A DNA stretch of 64,000 bases from an uncultured delta proteobacterium (GTDB lineage Bacteria; Desulfobacterota; Binatia; Binatales; Binataceae), in NCBI GenBank assembly GCA_963794325.1, contig CAWCDG010000002.1, positions 416,001-480,000 on the forward strand, read 5' to 3'. Under the pieces are notes generated by a model. The model was given only the letters and a program-made list of their open reading frames with translations, was not told where the DNA came from and searched no databases. The translations under genes and the position numbers were made by a program. This document shows positions 50,264-59,843 of this stretch, one piece after another (the stretch's first letter is position 1; every line of letters starts with the position of its first letter).

Positions 50264-51926
50264 ATGAGGCGCGCAGGATGGGCCGCGGCAGCAGCGGTGA
50301 TTGGATGGTATGGGTTCGCGCTTTGGATTTTGCATCCGCTCACCGACGCGCCGGTGGTCGACAGCTGGCTGTACGGCTCTGCCGTGCGGCGGTTTCTGCG
50401 CACCGGCGAGATGAGGTTCGCCGGCTTCACGCAGGCCATGCCGATAGCGCAGGTTTTCTACGGCGTCGGATGGGCGCACGCATTCGGCGGCAACTCAGTG
50501 TCGCTGGAAATGTCCACCGTGATCCTCGCGGTGCTGTGCGGCTTGATGTTCCATGCGCTCGCGATCAAGTGCGGCGCGCCGCGATGGCAGGCGCTCGCCG
50601 CGACCGGCCTGCTGATCTGCAATCCTTGTTTCACCTTCCTGAGTTTTTCGTTCATGACCGAGATTCCGTTCCTGACCGCAATGATCGCGGCTCATCTGGC
50701 CTTCGCCAAGGCTGAAGGGCGGCACGAGCAGTTGTGGATGTGGTTGGCGGGCGACAATTGCAGTGATCGCATTTATGATCAGGCCGTTCGGCGCAATGGC
50801 GATCGCAGGATGCGTCGGCGCCATGATTATTTACGACGGGCGCGCGCCGCGAACGAATCGTTGGGATCGCGCGCGCTGGATCAAGATGATCGCGCCGTTC
50901 GCCGTCGCGCTGGCGATCTGCACCGCGCTGTGGCTTTGGCTGACCGTATTTGGCCCGAAGCCATGGGACTTGCAGATGAACGAAAATCATTTCCATTTTC
51001 TTTTTCTGGTGCCGTTGGCGCTCTACCTGCGCGCGGGCGTGCTCGGTCCACTGCTTTACCTGGGCACGGTATTATCGCCGCTTGCGCTGATGCAGCTCGC
51101 GACGCCGCGATGGCGTCGCGTCTTAATCGGTGGCGCCGCGATTCTTGCCTCCACGCTGATCCTCACATCGATGGACCATTCATTGCCGGTCACGCCCGAA
51201 TACAGTTGCTTCGGCGGATGGCACAACGTGCTGATCCTGCGCGGACAGGACAATCGCTTTTCATGGGACGACGGCTGGCAGTATGTCTTCCTGGTGCTCG
51301 CGAGCGTAGGCGCGGCGGGTTTGATCGTCGCGTTCTTGGCAATCTTCAAAACGCTCGGACGCGCGGCAGCGGCGATCGTGATAGCTGCGCTGATTTACTG
51401 GGCGGCGACCATCCCGCTCTGGTTCTACAACGATCGCTACTACCTGGTGATAGTCCCGGCGGCTGCGATCGTGCTGGCACTCGCGCCCTTGCCGCGAAGA
51501 AGAACGGTCCAGGCTGCGGCATTCGCGATGACGCTCGCGATGGGCCTGCTCTCACTCGGCGGGACCTTTGCATATCAGCGCGGGATGCAGGTGATTCTCG
51601 CTACGCGCAACGAATTGGAGCGCGAGGGTGTTCCGCGCTCAGCGATCGACGCCGGCTACGTGCTCAACGGCGAGGATCTCTATCGGTATCCAAAGCATGG
51701 AATTGAAACGATGGAACTTGAAGGCGGAATCCCGATGATCACGTCGCCGAAGATGAACGAATACACTATCGCGAGCGGACCGATCCCCGGCACCGAAATA
51801 GTGCGCCGCCTCAAGTGGCCCGGCCCGTTCGGACTCGGCCATCGATACTTCTACCTGGTCGAGAAGCACGTCGCGGATGATGAAATCCCGCCGAAAACCG
51901 CGCCGACCGACCAGAAGCGAAACTAG
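50264..51926 (+). CDS. GT-C fold (ArnT/PMT-like) membrane glycosyltransferase (one +1 frameshift near 50750)
   Basis: [21 protein letters not shown] and DRYYL motifs and many TM segments. The two ORFs join if one G of GGG 50749-50751 is removed. Confidence 0.72.
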
Positions 51927-52984
51927 CTGGCGCTGCCCGGTGCCGGACCCGGCATGATGTAGGTCGGGACGCCGGTCTTCTGCTCGACCGCTTTCTCGAG
52001 CTTCTGCATGTCGATCTGATCGGTGAGTCCCCGGCGATCGGCTTCCTTCTGCGCGTAGGCCCACAGGCCCGCGTACTTGCCGTACAAGTCTTCGTGGACC
52101 TCGACGTAGAGCGCGTCGCCACGCCATCCGAACTTCACCGGCTGATAGACGAACATCCCGGGCGTTCCGATTTTCACCTTGTTGAAGAACCGCTCGATGT
52201 CCTCAGGATAGAGCCGGATGCATCCGTGGCTGACTTCCATCCCTACGCCCCACGGCACGTTGGTCCCGTGAAACGCATACTCGGGCAGCGTCAGCTCGAT
52301 GCGGTAGTGCCCGAGCGGATTGTCGGGATCGTCGCCCGAGACCACGTGTTCCGCTTCGCCGTCACGCTCGAGATGTTCCTGGTAGATGTCATCGGGCACC
52401 ACCCAGGTGGGATTGCGCGTCTTGCCGCGGACCGTGAAAACTCCCTCCGGAGTTTTCCAATCGAAACGTCCGAGCCCAACCGGAAATGAGTAAACCACCG
52501 ACGGGGTGACTCCTCCTCCCGTGTGTTTTTTGCCGGTGACGAACTTGGCGGGCGTCACCTTGCCCTTGGGCTTGGTATGCAGCGGGCCGGTCGGCGACGG
52601 AAAATAATAGTAGATCCGCATCTCCGGGATGTTCATCACGATACCGACGCGCGGGGTATCGGGCAGGATGTGCTCGTCGGGCAGCACGATCACCCGGCCG
52701 GCCGGAGGCGCCCACCAGTCGATGGCGCCGTTGGCGTTGGAGATTTCCTTCGCCGTCACGCCGAACCATCGTCCAACGTCCAGCAGCGTGTCGCCCTTCT
52801 GTAGCTGGTACGTGATCAGATTGCCGATGATATCGTCCTTGCCGTGCGGAAGCGGGTAGGCGTAGAGCGGACGTTTCTCGAATTCGTCCTCGGTCCACGC
52901 GCCATGCGCCGCCGGAATCGCGACCAGCGCAATCAGCATTATGGCAGGGAATAATCGAGCTGAAATATTGATAAAGCGTTTCAT
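51923..52984 (-). CDS. L,D-transpeptidase (ErfK/YbiS-like) with LysM-like domain
   Basis: GDTLLDV, MNIPEMRIYY, PVGLGR, NPTW, NPLG, HGTN...VSHGCIRL; signal peptide. Confidence 0.9.
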   Translation of the reverse strand: MKRFINISARLFPAIMLIALVAIPAAHGAWTEDEFEKRPLYAYPLPHGKDDIIGNLITYQLQKGDTLLDVGRWFGVTAKEISNANGAIDWWAPPAGRVIVLPDEHILPDTPRVGIVMNIPEMRIYYYFPSPTGPLHTKPKGKVTPAKFVTGKKHTGGGVTPSVVYSFPVGLGRFDWKTPEGVFTVRGKTRNPTWVVPDDIYQEHLERDGEAEHVVSGDDPDNPLGHYRIELTLPEYAFHGTNVPWGVGMEVSHGCIRLYPEDIERFFNKVKIGTPGMFVYQPVKFGWRGDALYVEVHEDLYGKYAGLWAYAQKEADRRGLTDQIDMQKLEKAVEQKTGVPTYIMPGPAPGSAS

Positions 52985-53102
52985 GAAGCCCCAGGTGAGT
53001 TGGCGGCGAATCCGCGCGAGCAGTGAAAAGTCTCGCGGACGCCGTCGCATTGAGTGAAATTGTACCGGCGCGATCAGCCTGCAATCAACCTCGGATTCAC
53101 TG

Positions 53103-53211
53103 TCCCCCCTTTCTTTCCCACGGGAAAAGGGGTGAGGGGGATAGGACATGCGGAATCGTTACCTCAAATCCCCTTCCCCATTCTTTCTGGGGAAGGGGCC
53201 AGGGGTTAGGG
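53103..53211 (+). repeat. Two degenerate family B repeats
   Basis: TCCCCCCTTT...GGGAAAAGGGGTGAGGGGGATAGG and TCCCCTTCCCCA...TGGGGAAGGGGCCAGGGGTTAGGG. Confidence 0.6.
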
Positions 53212-53217
53212 CTCTGT

Positions 53218-55644
53218 TCAGTTGATACCTTCGTCGATCACCGCGTCCTGACCTTCCTCTTCCTTCTGGACTTCCGGGGCCGGCGGTGTCACCGCGATCG
53301 TCACCTTATCGATCGTGCCGGTGAATTTGTTGTCGCCTTCCTTGTAATCTTCGGTCACCGGCGTGGCGAGGTCCTCGCCGACATCCTCGGTTTCATCCGC
53401 TGAGAAGATGAACGGTATCGTGCGATCGATTCGGCCTTCGGCGACCTTGTCGCCATTGACGAAGAGTTGCCCGGTGCCGCCCTTGCCGACTCCGCCCCCG
53501 TCATAGTTGAACGCGAATTTCACGGTGACCTTGCCGGCTGGCAGCGCGTCTTTTGACTCGATCGTGTAGCGCTCCCGATTGAGCCAGTTGTAACAATACT
53601 TGAGCTTCCCATCCTTCACGTAAAGGCTCCAACCGGCGAAACGCCCGCCCTGCGCGACGATCACGCCTTGCGCCGTCTCTTGCGGTATCTCGATTTCGGC
53701 GGTGATGGTGTGCGAGCGATTTTTGATATCGAGCGTCGCGTTCTCCATCATCGCGGACATGCCGGGATAAAGCGTCACCGACGTCCGCCCCCACATCAGC
53801 GAAGGCCTGCCCGCAATTGTCGGCACAAAACGCTCAACGCGCCTGTCGTCCAATGGCAGGACGTTGTACTTTTCCGCCTCCGCGAGGAATAGCTGCTGAA
53901 GCTCCTTGAGCTTGTCTGGATACTTCGCCGCCAGGTCCTGCGACTGACTAAAGTCGTCGTTGGTGTTGTAGAGCTCCCACTTGTCCTCGCTGAACTTGGG
54001 CGGTATGTAGGCGACGTCCCACGGAATGCTATGCCGCGTCACCGCGGTCCAGCCGTCGTGATAGATCCCGCGGTTGCCAAACATCTCGAAGTATTGAGTT
54101 GTATGTTTGGTCGGCGCTTTGCCATCGGCGAAGGAGTAAACCATGCTCACTCCTTCCATCGGTTTCTGCTTGATGCCGTCAACGGTCTTCGGCTGCGGCA
54201 GTTTTGTCGCCGCCAGGATTGTAGGTGTGATATCGACCACGTGATGCCACTGCGGGCGGATACCGCCGGCATCCTTGATGACCGCAGGCCATGAAATCAC
54301 CATGCCGTTGCGCGTGCCGCCGTAGTGCGAGGCCACCTGCTTGGTCCACTGGAAAGGCGTGTCGCCCGCGAGCGCCCATCCAACTGGAATATGCGCAAAA
54401 CTGTTCGGGCCGCCGATATCGTCTAGATGGGCGAGGATATTCTGCGTTGTATCAGGTGCCCCGTTAAACGCGGCCATCTCATTAAGAGTCCCCTCGAGAC
54501 CGCCCTCTGCGCTCATGCCGTTGTCGCCTGCGATATATATCACGAGGGTGTTGTTGCGGACTCCCAGCTCGTTGAGACTGTCGAGCAAACGCCCAATCTC
54601 GTGGTCCGCGTATTCGCCAAAGCCGGCATAGTTTTCCATCAGCCGCGCGGCCACCTTCTTGTCGTCAGCGCTGAGTTCATCCCAGTGCTTGACGCCCGGC
54701 GCCCATGGGGCGAGTTGCGTGGTGTCCGGCACCACGCCTAGCTGCTTCTGACGCGCCAACGTCGTTTCGCGATATTTGTCCCATCCCTCATCGAACTTGC
54801 CCGCATACTTGTCCCTCCACTCCTTGGGCGTGTGATGGGGCGCATGGAGTGCGCCGGGCGCGAAATAGACAAAGAACGGTTTGTCCGGAGTCATCGTATG
54901 TTGGAACCGCATCCACGCGATCGCCTGATTCGTCATATCGGTCATGAAGTTGTATCCCGGCGTGTGCGGAGGCTCGACCTGCGTCACTCCGTCGAAGACC
55001 ATCGGCGCCCACTGGTTGGTTTCGCCGCCCAGAAACCCGTAGAACTTTTCAAACCCATCGCCGATTGGCCAACGTGTGAAGGGTCCCGATACGCTGATCT
55101 CCCAAGTCGGCGTCTGATGCATCTTGCCGAAGGCCGCGGTGTTGTACCCATTCAACTTGAGGATTTCGGCTACGGTGGCCGCCTGGTTCGGCCGCATCCC
55201 ATTGTTTCCCGGAGCGCTGGTTGCCAGTTCGGTGATCGATCCCATTCCGACCGAATGATGGTTGTGTCCGGTCAGGAGCGCCTGCCGTGTCGGCGAGCAG
55301 AGCGCGGCGGTGTGGAACTGCGTATAGCGCAGGCCCTCCTTCGCCAGTGCGTCCATTGTGGGCATGTTGACCCCGCCACCGAAGGTGCTCGGCGCGCCAA
55401 AGCCGATATCATCGAGCAGAATGACGACCACGTTGGGCGCACCCTCGGGCGGCCGCAGCGGCTTGATCGGCGGAAACTTGGCATCGCGCGCATCAAGCGG
55501 AACCTTCCCCGGATACTTGTACTGCGTATCCGGTATCGGCAACTGAGTGCGATCGATTTGTTGTGCGCCCGCAGGAACAGTCCTCGCGCCGATCAGCAAG
55601 AGTGCGCCTGCGATCACCAGAAATAACTTCATAATTTTTTCCAT
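53218..55644 (-). CDS. Exported arylsulfatase (Cys-type)
   Basis: Signal peptide, PNVVVILLDDIG, formylglycine motif CSPTR, GKMH, GDNG; LamG-like C-terminus. Confidence 0.93.
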   Translation of the reverse strand: MEKIMKLFLVIAGALLLIGARTVPAGAQQIDRTQLPIPDTQYKYPGKVPLDARDAKFPPIKPLRPPEGAPNVVVILLDDIGFGAPSTFGGGVNMPTMDALAKEGLRYTQFHTAALCSPTRQALLTGHNHHSVGMGSITELATSAPGNNGMRPNQAATVAEILKLNGYNTAAFGKMHQTPTWEISVSGPFTRWPIGDGFEKFYGFLGGETNQWAPMVFDGVTQVEPPHTPGYNFMTDMTNQAIAWMRFQHTMTPDKPFFVYFAPGALHAPHHTPKEWRDKYAGKFDEGWDKYRETTLARQKQLGVVPDTTQLAPWAPGVKHWDELSADDKKVAARLMENYAGFGEYADHEIGRLLDSLNELGVRNNTLVIYIAGDNGMSAEGGLEGTLNEMAAFNGAPDTTQNILAHLDDIGGPNSFAHIPVGWALAGDTPFQWTKQVASHYGGTRNGMVISWPAVIKDAGGIRPQWHHVVDITPTILAATKLPQPKTVDGIKQKPMEGVSMVYSFADGKAPTKHTTQYFEMFGNRGIYHDGWTAVTRHSIPWDVAYIPPKFSEDKWELYNTNDDFSQSQDLAAKYPDKLKELQQLFLAEAEKYNVLPLDDRRVERFVPTIAGRPSLMWGRTSVTLYPGMSAMMENATLDIKNRSHTITAEIEIPQETAQGVIVAQGGRFAGWSLYVKDGKLKYCYNWLNRERYTIESKDALPAGKVTVKFAFNYDGGGVGKGGTGQLFVNGDKVAEGRIDRTIPFIFSADETEDVGEDLATPVTEDYKEGDNKFTGTIDKVTIAVTPPAPEVQKEEEGQDAVIDEGIN

Positions 55645-55687
55645 TAGCCCCTCCCGATTGACGCTACGAATCTTACCTATCTATTCC

Positions 55688-55725
55688 GGTTCCCCTTCCC
55701 GCTCGGGAAGGGGTTAGGGGTTAGG
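55688..55725 (+). repeat. Family B repeat
   Basis: GGTTCCCCTTCCC-GCTC-GGGAAGGGGTTAGGGGTTAGG. Confidence 0.85.
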
Positions 55726-55770
55726 TTATCCGGCATCGACCACCATTTCGCTGCGCTCAGTATCTCAGAC

Positions 55771-55883
55771 AAAGAACTTCTAACAGGGACGAAGTCCCGC
55801 ATCCTGCTCTTAACACTGGGTGCAGGGGTCACCCCTGCCGCGGAAGCGTGAAACCCGCGAAGGGTTTCACATCCAATGAAGTG
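55771..55883 (+). repeat. Family A repeat, copy 3
   Basis: Near-identical to 10348-10460. Confidence 0.9.
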
Positions 55884-55922
55884 ATTTACCCTTCCAACTT
55901 TCCCGCAATTCACCCACCACAC

Positions 55923-58103
55923 TCACTCCCCAACCACCCTCAAATTCGCGAACTTCAACACCAGCAACTTAATGCCCCCGCGCTCGAAATTCACCCACGC
56001 CTTCGCCCCGTCGCCGCGCCCCTCGCGCCGCCGAACAACTCCGCGGCCGAAGGTCGGATGCACCACGCGCGCGCCGATCGAAAAACCATCGCCACCCGGC
56101 CCCGGCTCGTTGTCGGGTAGCTGGCTGTCGGCGTAATCGACGTAAGCCTCGCGCGGCGAGAGCGGACGTACCACTGCGGTGTGGCGTTCCGGGGCGATCC
56201 GCCGAATCAAAGCCGGGTCGATCTCGCGCATGAATCGCGATTGACGCGACTCCTGCCGCACGCCGTAGATTTCGCGCGAGAGCGTGTTGGTCAGGTAGAG
56301 CAATTGCCGCGCCCGCGTCATCCCGACGTAGCACAGCCGGCGTTCCTCCTCGACTTCGTCGTCAATGTCGGCGCTCCGGCTATGCGGGAACAGTCCTTCC
56401 TCCATACCGGCGATGAAAACAATCGGGTACTCGAGGCCCTTTGAAGTGTGCAGCGTCATCAGCGCCGCGCGCCCGCCACGGGAATCGATCTGCTCGCTAT
56501 CACTCACCAGCGCGACCCGTTCGAGAAACTCGGGCAGACCACCGCCGGATTTCTCGGCGTCGAAGGCGCTGGCCGCGGTCAGCATCTCGGCGAGATTCTG
56601 CTTGCGCATCGAGGCGTCGTCGAGCGTGTCGAGGTACGGTTCGAAACCGCTGCGCGCCACGACTTCTTCGACGATTCCGCGAACGCTCAACTCGGGCAGC
56701 CGACCCGCGAGATCGTGCATCCACGAATAGAGCATCCCGGCCTGCTTGGCGATTCTGAGCGCGACCTTCGAGTAAGTTTCGAGCCGGCCCATCGCCTCGA
56801 ACGCCGTGATACGTTGGCGCGCGGCCAGCTCGGTGATCGCCTCGAACGACTTCGCGCCAATCCCGCGCGGCGGCGTACCAACCATCCGCTCGAGACTGAC
56901 CGCGTCGGCCGGATTTGCGATCACCCGCAGGTAGGCGAGCAAATCCTTGATATCGCGCTGCTCATAAAATCGCACGCCGCCAACCACGTAATACGGGATT
57001 TTGCGGCGCACCAGCGCTTCTTCAATCGCGCGCGATTGTGCATTGACCCGGTAGAAAACGACGATGTCGGCGGGTCTGAATCCGCCGGAGCCGGTCAGCC
57101 GCGCGATTTCGAGCGCGATAAAATCAGCCTCGTCGCGCTCGGTGACCCCGGTGTAGTAGGTGACCGGCTCACCGGCGCCGTTCTCGGTCCACAGATTTTT
57201 AATCTTGCGTTCGGTGTTGTTGCGGATGACGCCGCCAGCCGCGGCGAGGATAGTCTTGGTCGACCGGTAATTCTGCTCCAGCTTGAAAATCTGCGCGGCC
57301 GGATAGTCGCGCTCGAAATCCAGGATGTTGCGAATGTCGGCGCCGCGCCATCGGTAAATCGATTGATCCTCGTCGCCCACCACGCACAGATTTCCCGACC
57401 GCGCGGCGAGCATCTTCACGATTAGATACTGCACGCGATTAGTGTCCTGGTACTCATCGACCAGCAGATGCGCCGCGCGCCGCTGCCATTTCTCGAGGAT
57501 TTCAGGAAAGCGATGGAACAGGATCCATGTTTGCAACTGCAAATCGCTGAAGTCCATCGCGTTCATCGTGCGCATCCGCTCCTGGTACAGCCGGTAAATC
57601 TGCGCGATCGAGGCTTCGCGTCCCGGCTGAGCGCTCGCGGCCATATCCTCAGGCGAGATCGCCTCGTTCTTCGCCTGCTCAATTCGCGCGCGCGCCAATT
57701 CCAGCGGCGGCGACTCGGCCAGCGCTGCATCTTCGAGCACGCGGCGAACCGTGGTCAACGAATCACCTTCGTCCAGGATCGAAAAGTTGCGATCGTAGCC
57801 CAGTGCGTGCCCTTCCTGGCGCAGGATTCGTGCGCACGCCGAATGAAACGTGCTGACCCACGGCAAGCGCGAATCATCACCGACCAGCGCCGCGACGCGC
57901 TCGCGCATCTCGTTGGCCGCCTTGTTGGTGAACGTCACCGCCAGCAACTCGAACGGCGCCGCCTTGCGCTCGGCCAGGATGTGGGCGATACGGTAGGTCA
58001 GCGCGCGAGTCTTGCCCGATCCCGCACCGGCCAGAATCAGTATCGGGCCGTCGGGCGCGAGCACGGCAGCGCGCTGTTCAGGATTCAATTCATCGAGATT
58101 CAC
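55923..58103 (-). CDS. UvrD/PcrA-family SF1A DNA helicase
   Basis: AGAGSGKT, VTFTNKAA, DEYQDTN, VGDEDQSIY, LEQNYRS, TLHTSKGLE, EERRLCYVGMTRA; Tudor-like C-terminus (HPTFG.G). Confidence 0.95.
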   Translation of the reverse strand: MNLDELNPEQRAAVLAPDGPILILAGAGSGKTRALTYRIAHILAERKAAPFELLAVTFTNKAANEMRERVAALVGDDSRLPWVSTFHSACARILRQEGHALGYDRNFSILDEGDSLTTVRRVLEDAALAESPPLELARARIEQAKNEAISPEDMAASAQPGREASIAQIYRLYQERMRTMNAMDFSDLQLQTWILFHRFPEILEKWQRRAAHLLVDEYQDTNRVQYLIVKMLAARSGNLCVVGDEDQSIYRWRGADIRNILDFERDYPAAQIFKLEQNYRSTKTILAAAGGVIRNNTERKIKNLWTENGAGEPVTYYTGVTERDEADFIALEIARLTGSGGFRPADIVVFYRVNAQSRAIEEALVRRKIPYYVVGGVRFYEQRDIKDLLAYLRVIANPADAVSLERMVGTPPRGIGAKSFEAITELAARQRITAFEAMGRLETYSKVALRIAKQAGMLYSWMHDLAGRLPELSVRGIVEEVVARSGFEPYLDTLDDASMRKQNLAEMLTAASAFDAEKSGGGLPEFLERVALVSDSEQIDSRGGRAALMTLHTSKGLEYPIVFIAGMEEGLFPHSRSADIDDEVEEERRLCYVGMTRARQLLYLTNTLSREIYGVRQESRQSRFMREIDPALIRRIAPERHTAVVRPLSPREAYVDYADSQLPDNEPGPGGDGFSIGARVVHPTFGRGVVRRREGRGDGAKAWVNFERGGIKLLVLKFANLRVVGE

Positions 58104-58191
58104 GGTGACCGTCGCAGCTTCAAAACTTCGGAGCGGAGTAAATCAAGATAGCGGCTCCGGCTCGCGTGGCAAAGCGAACGCGTAAAATTTT

Positions 58192-58785
58192 GTGGCGACC
58201 TACGAACCACACGACAAATTTTATCGCAAGGCGCGCGCGCTGGGATTGCCGTCGCGCGCCGCATTCAAGATTGAAGAAATAATTGCGCGCAACCGGCTCG
58301 TCGCCAATGGCGCGCGAATCGTCGACCTGGGATGCGCCCCCGGCGGATGGCTCGCGATCCTCGTCGCGTCGGCGGGGACAAGCGGGCGCGTAGTGGGAGT
58401 CGATCTCGCGCCGGTGAAGAATCCGCCGCACGGCGCGATCGCGATTGCCGGCGACATCCTGGATCCCGCGGTCGCAGCCCGAGTGCAGAGCGAACTCGGC
58501 GGACGCGCCGATCTCGTGACCAGCGACCTCGCGCCGAAGCTGACCGGGATTGCCGCGCGCGATGAAGCGCGATCGCGCGAGCTGATCGATTGCGCGCTGA
58601 CGTTCGCCACGACGGTGCTGAAACCGGGCGCCGCGATGGTCGCAAAGCTCTTCATGGGCGCCCAGTTCAAGCAAATCGTCGATTCATTCAAGCTGCATTT
58701 CGCCAGCGTCGAGGTCACCCGCACCAAGGCCAGCCGCCCCGGCTCGTCCGAGCTGTACGTCGTAGCCCGCGACTTCCGCAGCTGA
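58192..58785 (+). CDS. rlmE: RlmE/FtsJ 23S rRNA 2'-O-methyltransferase
   Basis: SRAAFKI, VDLGCAPGGW, SDLAP, K.F.G, ASR..SSELY. Confidence 0.9.
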   Translation: MATYEPHDKFYRKARALGLPSRAAFKIEEIIARNRLVANGARIVDLGCAPGGWLAILVASAGTSGRVVGVDLAPVKNPPHGAIAIAGDILDPAVAARVQSELGGRADLVTSDLAPKLTGIAARDEARSRELIDCALTFATTVLKPGAAMVAKLFMGAQFKQIVDSFKLHFASVEVTRTKASRPGSSELYVVARDFRS

Positions 58786-58862
58786 CGCAGCGTCTTGATT
58801 TCAAAATCTCTTCAGTGGGTCCAAAATGGCGGAGCTATCGAGAGTCGGAGCTCATGGGTTTT

Positions 58863-58980
58863 TATATAGTGGGGCGGGCCTATGTGCCCGCCATCACGCA
58901 CGGGCGTCGTTTATAGTGGGGCGGGCCGCCGTGCCCGCCATCGACGCGCGGGCGTCCCCGCCCGCGCTTACCAACGAGTG
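58863..58980 (+). repeat. Two tandem family D repeats
   Basis: TATAGTGGGGCGGGCC(TAT/GCC)GTGCCCGCCATC twice; the second copy extends as at 27111-27180. Confidence 0.82.
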
Positions 58981-59021
58981 ACCGCTTGGCTTCAGAATCC
59001 GCACGCGCGTAAAGTTTGGAT

Positions 59022-59843
59022 ATGAGAGCCGTCGGCGGCCGTCGTCTCAGCCTGTTGCTGCTGGCATGCCTCGTAGCGGCCTGCTCATGCGGCCGCTCGC
59101 TATTCGGTTCCTCCACCGCCGCGAAGGTCTCGCCCGACGAAGTGAGAGTCCAGGTCGCGCGCGTCGGCTTTGACAACGAAACCGGCGCGAACTATGTCCT
59201 CCTGCTCGACGAGAGCGACTCGCGCACGCTGCCAATCCTGATCGGCGAGAGCGAAGCGACTGCGATCCTCCTCGCGCTCCATGGAATCAAGCCCGAGCGC
59301 CCGCTGACCCATGATTTGGTGCGTTCGATCATCGGTCAGACCGGCAACCGCGTCGATCGAATCGAAATCGGCGACGTGCGCGACGAGATCTATTACGCGA
59401 CGATTTTCATGGACGGCGGCCGCTACACGATCGACAGCCGGCCCAGCGACGCCATCGCACTCGCGATGAACATGAACGCGCCGATTTACGTGAACAACAA
59501 ACTCTTCGAGTCGGCTCCCGCGACAGGGCTCGCCCCCGGCGGAAAAATCCCCGACACTGCGCACGCACTCGGACTCACCGTTGAACAGCTGACCCCCGAA
59601 CTTGCGAGCGCGTTCGGCGATCCCTCTGGACGCGGCGTGCTCGTGTCGGAGGTCGATTCCTCGGCGCAGAAGGCCGGCGTCGCGCGCGGCGATATCGTGG
59701 TCAAGATCGGAACGAGCGACGTCAAAGCGCTCGAAGACTTCAATCAGCAAGCTGCCAAGGTCAGGAACGGCGGCGCGACGCTCACCTTGAGCCGCGACGG
59801 CGCGAGCCGCACTGTCACGCTTGCTGCCGATGGATCTCGCTAG
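59022..59843 (+). CDS. Bifunctional nuclease (DUF151) domain fused to PDZ, with signal/lipobox-like N-terminus
   Basis: LPILIGESEATAI, RPLTHDL, IDSRPSDAIALA; C-terminal GVLVSEV..S.AQKAGV.RGDIV. Confidence 0.85.
   Translation: MRAVGGRRLSLLLLACLVAACSCGRSLFGSSTAAKVSPDEVRVQVARVGFDNETGANYVLLLDESDSRTLPILIGESEATAILLALHGIKPERPLTHDLVRSIIGQTGNRVDRIEIGDVRDEIYYATIFMDGGRYTIDSRPSDAIALAMNMNAPIYVNNKLFESAPATGLAPGGKIPDTAHALGLTVEQLTPELASAFGDPSGRGVLVSEVDSSAQKAGVARGDIVVKIGTSDVKALEDFNQQAAKVRNGGATLTLSRDGASRTVTLAADGSR

Noticed and set aside
48025-50439. 804-aa apparent DegT/UDP-glucuronate decarboxylase fusion
   Set aside because: Artefact of the +1 insertion near 49604. The middle is out-of-frame Arg-rich sequence, and the decarboxylase has its own RBS and GTG at 48966.
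49595-50755. Programmed frameshifting or phase variation at the DegT and GT-C breaks
   Set aside because: The runs are only 3 nt, with no slippery heptamer or repeat tract, and the same +1 pattern occurs in murF. Sequencing error is the simpler explanation.
13740-58980. Short repeated palindromes considered as CRISPR repeats
   Set aside because: They are dispersed or only doubled, with no regular repeat-spacer array and no cas genes.
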